From: Candidatus Omnitrophota bacterium
GTDB lineage: Bacteria > Omnitrophota > Gorgyraeia > JAGLLT01
NCBI GenBank assembly: GCA_030632085.1
Contig: DAOVJY010000006.1
Span: forward strand, 26,805 to 90,804
DNA length: 64,000 nucleotides
Direction of reading: 5' to 3'
Position numbers and translations under genes: made by a program. Positions 60,459 to 64,000 of the stretch are shown here, in pieces. Position 1 is the first letter of the stretch. Each line of letters starts with the position of its first letter. The notes beneath the pieces are model-generated. The model had not been told where the DNA came from, searched no databases, and was given only the letters and a program-made list of their open reading frames with translations.

Positions 60459-60668
60459 ATTCTAATATAAAGTCATACCCTTGCAGGGCACAGGCAAGAC
60501 AAATAGCTTATAGCAGATAGCGTAGAGCGGATAGGAAAAGCGAAAAAAACAAAAGTATCCAAACTGCGGCGGGCCGGATACAGGCCAAAGAAGAAATGAA
60601 AAAAACGGTCGCTGTCCCTATTTAAATACTATTAAATATTTAAAAGTGAGAAAAGCAAAGGAGAATGT

Positions 60669-61409
60669 ATGAAAAAAATTATTTTTTTTATTTTTCTAAT
60701 TATGATAACTCTAAACGCCTCTCGCGCAGGATACTGTGCGACGGCACGTATCACTGATTATCCGAAGGATATTATGCCAGGGCAGACGGTAACCTTTAAG
60801 GTCAGCTGGCACGGCATTCCGCTTGATAAGAATTTAAAGATTGTTGTCCAGTTAGAAAATCTTAAGATGTCTCCAGAAGTGCGCATAAGAAAAGATATTT
60901 ATAATTTTAGATCAAAAGAAACAATCGAAGTTGATTTAGATATTCCGAAAACAATCCCCTTAGGTTCCGGCTACAAATTCATTGTAGCCTTTATCCCGCA
61001 GGATGAAAATTGGGATGACGCCTTCTTAGTTTCGACGACTTTAAGCAACGTCAAGTTATACGTTCCCTACGAAGTTAAAATAATTAAGTGTCCTCAGCGC
61101 CTCTATTGCGGAATAAACTTTTTTATCACAATTTCGTGGAAGAATATACCTTTTAATAGAGGATATAAGCTTGTTCTCGGATTGGAGAGTCAGAAGAAGG
61201 GTTACCATATGCACGTTGTTAAAGAAATAAGTAAGGCGTCTGCAACCGGCAAGAAAACAATCAAGCACCGCTTGCCCGAGACGGTACCGTTAAGTGATGA
61301 TTATAGATTAAAAATAATTGCGGTATCTAAAACTGATAGGACAGACATTTTAACTGAAGATTTTACCGAGCGTAATATTGAAGTGAAAGAGTTTCTTAAA
61401 AGCTACTAA
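60669..61409 (+). CDS. Secreted hypothetical protein with two internal ~105-aa repeats
   Basis: Signal peptide; ..VSWHGIPLDKNLKIVVQLE / ISWKNIPFNRGYKLVLGLE; AAGGAG RBS. Confidence 0.7.
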   Translation: MKKIIFFIFLIMITLNASRAGYCATARITDYPKDIMPGQTVTFKVSWHGIPLDKNLKIVVQLENLKMSPEVRIRKDIYNFRSKETIEVDLDIPKTIPLGSGYKFIVAFIPQDENWDDAFLVSTTLSNVKLYVPYEVKIIKCPQRLYCGINFFITISWKNIPFNRGYKLVLGLESQKKGYHMHVVKEISKASATGKKTIKHRLPETVPLSDDYRLKIIAVSKTDRTDILTEDFTERNIEVKEFLKSY

Positions 61410-61443
61410 GCTTAAGATGCTAACATACGCTGTTAGACTGTTG

Positions 61444-61599
61444 ATGAAAATAATTAATAAAAAAATATCGCTCATCACTAAAGGGTTTACGGATATCATT
61501 GAAATAACCAATAAAGTTCTTAATAAACTTAATACCTCGGGCATTAAGGAGGGTACGGTAATTATCATATGTCCTGGTTCAACCGGAGCACTTACCACC
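61444..61599 (+). pseudogene. yjbQ: 5' fragment of YjbQ (UPF0047) gene
   Basis: TKGFTDIIEIT..SGIKEGTV....PGSTGALTT then similarity stops abruptly. Confidence 0.8.
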
Positions 61600-61617
61600 T
61601 GCAAAATCAAGGGACAC

Positions 61618-61778
61618 TGGACTTGCCCAAGTAAAATGGACACTTAATAAACAAGATTTTTCCTCTCAAATTCCACAGGACTCAAATAGTCCAACGTTGA
61701 ATGTAATCTCTTTCTGTTGTAAAAAACTTCTATATATTCAAAGATAGCTACTCTAGCTTCTTCTTTAGTTTTAAATTT
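61618..61778 (-). mobile_element. IS3-family remnant: transposase C-terminus and terminal IR
   Basis: Minus strand [44 protein letters not shown] then gtgtccattttacttgggcaagtcCA end. Confidence 0.9.
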
Positions 61779-61782
61779 TCTC

Positions 61783-61811
61783 TTGACAAGGTTCATCACT
61801 TATGATACACT
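61783..61811 (+). promoter_or_regulatory. TA operon promoter (copy 2)
   Basis: TTGACA-17 nt-TACACT with TGn; tcat..atga inverted repeat in spacer. Confidence 0.7.
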
Positions 61812-61829
61812 TATATCGGAGGTAAAAAA

Positions 61830-62060
61830 ATGAGTACAAAACATCCCAGATTAAATGTTGTCCTCGAACCGGTTCTATATCGTACAGTTTTAAAGTTGGC
61901 AAGAAAAGAGGAGATATCGCTATCTCTAAAAGCGAGAGACCTTATTCGTGAAGCTTTGGAATATTGTGAAGATGTCCATTGGGCGGATCAGGCGCAAACA
62001 AGGGAAAAGACATTCATTCGCAAAAAAGCTATAAAGCATAGTCAGGTTTGGGGAAGCTAA
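61830..62060 (+). CDS. Antitoxin, copy 2
   Basis: Near-identical to 59944..60174. Confidence 0.85.
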   Translation: MSTKHPRLNVVLEPVLYRTVLKLARKEEISLSLKARDLIREALEYCEDVHWADQAQTREKTFIRKKAIKHSQVWGS

Positions 62061-62062
62061 AA

Positions 62063-62344
62063 GTGACTTATAAGCTGCTTTATCATCCTGCTGTTTTAAA
62101 AGAGGATTTACGTAAGATTCCAACCGGTCAAAAATCAAGAATTCGACATATTATTGAATCAAAGCTTATTAATAATCCTATTTTAGCAGGTAAACCTTTG
62201 CGTCAGAGCTTGAAAGGCCATAGAAAACTTCGTGTTGGAGATTGGAGAATAATTTACCGAATAGATAAGGAAAACATTATAATATTGAAGATTGGACATC
62301 GTAGAGAAGTTTACCAGCGCGCGACAAGACGAATAAAGAAATAA
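62063..62344 (+). CDS. RelE/ParE-family toxin, copy 2
   Basis: Near-identical to 60177..60458. Confidence 0.92.
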   Translation: MTYKLLYHPAVLKEDLRKIPTGQKSRIRHIIESKLINNPILAGKPLRQSLKGHRKLRVGDWRIIYRIDKENIIILKIGHRREVYQRATRRIKK

Positions 62345-62349
62345 ATTCT

Positions 62350-62665
62350 AATATAAAGTCATACCCTGGTGGGCACAGGCAAGACAAATAGCTTATAGCA
62401 GATAGCGTAGAGCGGATAGGGAAACAATAACCAAGAGACAAGATACAATAACCAAATAATAACCAATGACCAAAAAACAAGTATAAAGTCATACCCTGGT
62501 GGGCACAGGCAAGTCACAAGCAAAAAACAAAAAACAAACAAGCAACGATAATCAATGACCAAGTTCAATCCTGAGCAGTATTGAAGGATTGAATATTGTT
62601 TGCCTGTGCCCTGCAAGGGTATATCTTGCGTCTTGTGACTTTGTACTTGTATCTTGTATTTTGCA
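62350..62665 (+). repeat. Composite 7-mer repeat region with left arms, a right arm and three micro-element copies
   Basis: Micro-elements at 62362-62379, 62492-62509 (+) and 62603-62621 (-); right arm ~62585-62665. Confidence 0.9.
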
Positions 62666-62734
62666 GTTTTTCTATTGCTTATCTAATTTTATTTTGTTAT
62701 AATTAAAACAAATTTACTTTTAAAAGGGGTATTT

Positions 62735-64000
62735 ATGGCAAACAATTATAAAAGCGCTAAAAAAACAAATAGAAAAAAAAGTAACAAGCAGCAACCAAAA
62801 CCTCAGAATAATGCTACTATTATTATTCTTGTAATTGCTATGCTGTTTAGCTTTTTTTATTTGAATCGCGCTTATTTCGCGGAAGAACAGCTTACTTATG
62901 GTGAGTTTGTCAGTGCGGTAGCCGGCAATAAAGAAACTCAGCGCATAGAGTCGGTTACTTTGCAGCAGGAAGACGGAATTGTTTTCGGAAAATTCGCGGA
63001 TGGTACAAATTTCAGGGTTGTAGTTCCTAAGAATGATCCGGAATTAGTCAGCCTGCTTAAGAAAAATATTGACGGCAGTAAATTTAACGTGAAAGCTCCT
63101 AATTTACTTGCTCAGATTGCTATCGCCGTCGCGCCAATGGTAATTCTTGTTTTCATTTTCTGGTTTTTCTTTATTCGCAAAGCGGCCCAGGAAGGCAAGC
63201 GGCTATTTTCTTTTGGTCAAAGTAAGCCTCGCCAAAATATTGGCAGCCGGATAAACATTACCTTTAATGATGTTGCCGGTGTTGATGAAGCCAAGGAAGA
63301 ATTGCAGGAGATAATTGAGTTTTTAAAAGATCCTAAAAAGTTTCAGAGTTTAGGTGGTAAAATACCTAAGGGGATACTTTTAATGGGCCCTCCCGGATGC
63401 GGTAAGACCTTGCTTGCCAAAGCTGTCAGCGGTGAGGCGGGGGTTCCTTTCTTTAGTATCAGCGGATCGGATTTCGTGGAGATGTTTGTCGGTGTAGGCG
63501 CTTCCCGCGTAAGAGATTTGTTTGATAAAGCTAAAAAGTCAGCCAAATTAAGCGGTAAAGGCGGAATTATATTTATAGATGAAATCGATGCCGTCGGTAG
63601 ACAGCGTTTTGCGGGTATTGGCGGCGGGCATGATGAGAGAGAACAGACTTTAAATCAGCTTTTATCGGAAATGGACGGTTTTAATACTCAAGAAGGTGTT
63701 ATTCTTATCGCCGCGACTAATCGGCCCGATGTTTTAGATCCGGCTTTATTAAGGCCCGGAAGATTCGACAGGCAAATTGTAGTTGATAGGCCGGATATAA
63801 AAGGCAGGGAAGCTATTCTTAAAGTGCACGTTAGAAATATTAAATTAAAACCGAATATTGACTTGGCTTTAATTGCCAGGCGCACACCGGGTTTTTCGGG
63901 AGCTGATTTGGCTAATCTGGTTAATGAAGCGGCCCTCTTAGCTGTTAGGAAAAATAAAAAGGCTGTTGAACTTGCGGAAATGGAAGCAGCCATTGAAAGG
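62735..64000 (+). CDS. ftsH: ATP-dependent zinc metalloprotease FtsH (3'-truncated by window; absent from ORF track)
   Basis: Two TMs, [79 protein letters not shown]. Confidence 0.97.
   Translation, partial: MANNYKSAKKTNRKKSNKQQPKPQNNATIIILVIAMLFSFFYLNRAYFAEEQLTYGEFVSAVAGNKETQRIESVTLQQEDGIVFGKFADGTNFRVVVPKNDPELVSLLKKNIDGSKFNVKAPNLLAQIAIAVAPMVILVFIFWFFFIRKAAQEGKRLFSFGQSKPRQNIGSRINITFNDVAGVDEAKEELQEIIEFLKDPKKFQSLGGKIPKGILLMGPPGCGKTLLAKAVSGEAGVPFFSISGSDFVEMFVGVGASRVRDLFDKAKKSAKLSGKGGIIFIDEIDAVGRQRFAGIGGGHDEREQTLNQLLSEMDGFNTQEGVILIAATNRPDVLDPALLRPGRFDRQIVVDRPDIKGREAILKVHVRNIKLKPNIDLALIARRTPGFSGADLANLVNEAALLAVRKNKKAVELAEMEAAIER

Larger units (their letters stand above)
59887..62420 (+). repeat. 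~650-bp direct repeats (59887-60535 and 61773-62420) each carrying a TA module
   Basis: Near-identical sequence, offset 1886. Confidence 0.93.

Noticed and set aside
61417-61647. Intact 76-aa protein
   Set aside because: Chimera of a yjbQ 5' fragment and IS3 terminal sequence.
62277-62616. Minus-strand ORFs 62277..62492 and 62359..62616
   Set aside because: Translations of the low-complexity repeat arms; no RBS or family motifs.
62350-62665. CRISPR array suggested by recurring TACCCTGGTGGGCACAGG
   Set aside because: Units are only 18-19 nt, irregularly spaced, one is inverted, intervening DNA is itself repetitive, and there are no cas genes.
177-63993. Numerous short minus-strand ORFs in the track
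   Set aside because: They lie antisense to well-supported + strand genes and show no recognisable motifs.

Overview
Low-GC bacterial chromosome segment in which essentially all real genes lie on the + strand; gene content (PEP-CTERM/exosortase, GH94, CBM11-like proteins) suggests a PVC-group organism such as Omnitrophota (inference). Order: mlaE/F/D-radA-[four-helix-bundle cassette]-PIN/TRAM-ispD-ispF-cysE-cysS; a PEP-CTERM gene and a ~26 kb exopolysaccharide locus (diguanylate cyclase, secretin, chain-length protein, kinase-like protein, two flippases, glycosyltransferases, WecA, exosortase, EpsI); a glycan-utilisation locus (sugar-binding lipoprotein, GH94, three CBM11-like paralogues, AraC, PilZ, GH35); purH-folC-mnmE-folE; HD-GYP, L,D-transpeptidase, accA, bioY, tRNA-Met(CAT), tilS; a duplicated RelE-type toxin-antitoxin island with an IS3 scar; and the 5' part of ftsH. 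The most unusual signals are non-coding: (1) a four-helix-bundle gene enclosed by inverted degenerate 7-mer repeat arms, with gene-less copies and stacked arm remnants in seven other intergenic regions; (2) an 18-19 nt hairpin micro-element found six times at the same A^CAA position of those repeats; (3) a shared two-hairpin leader abutting the RBS of both folE and bioY. All calls are by eye, without database searches.
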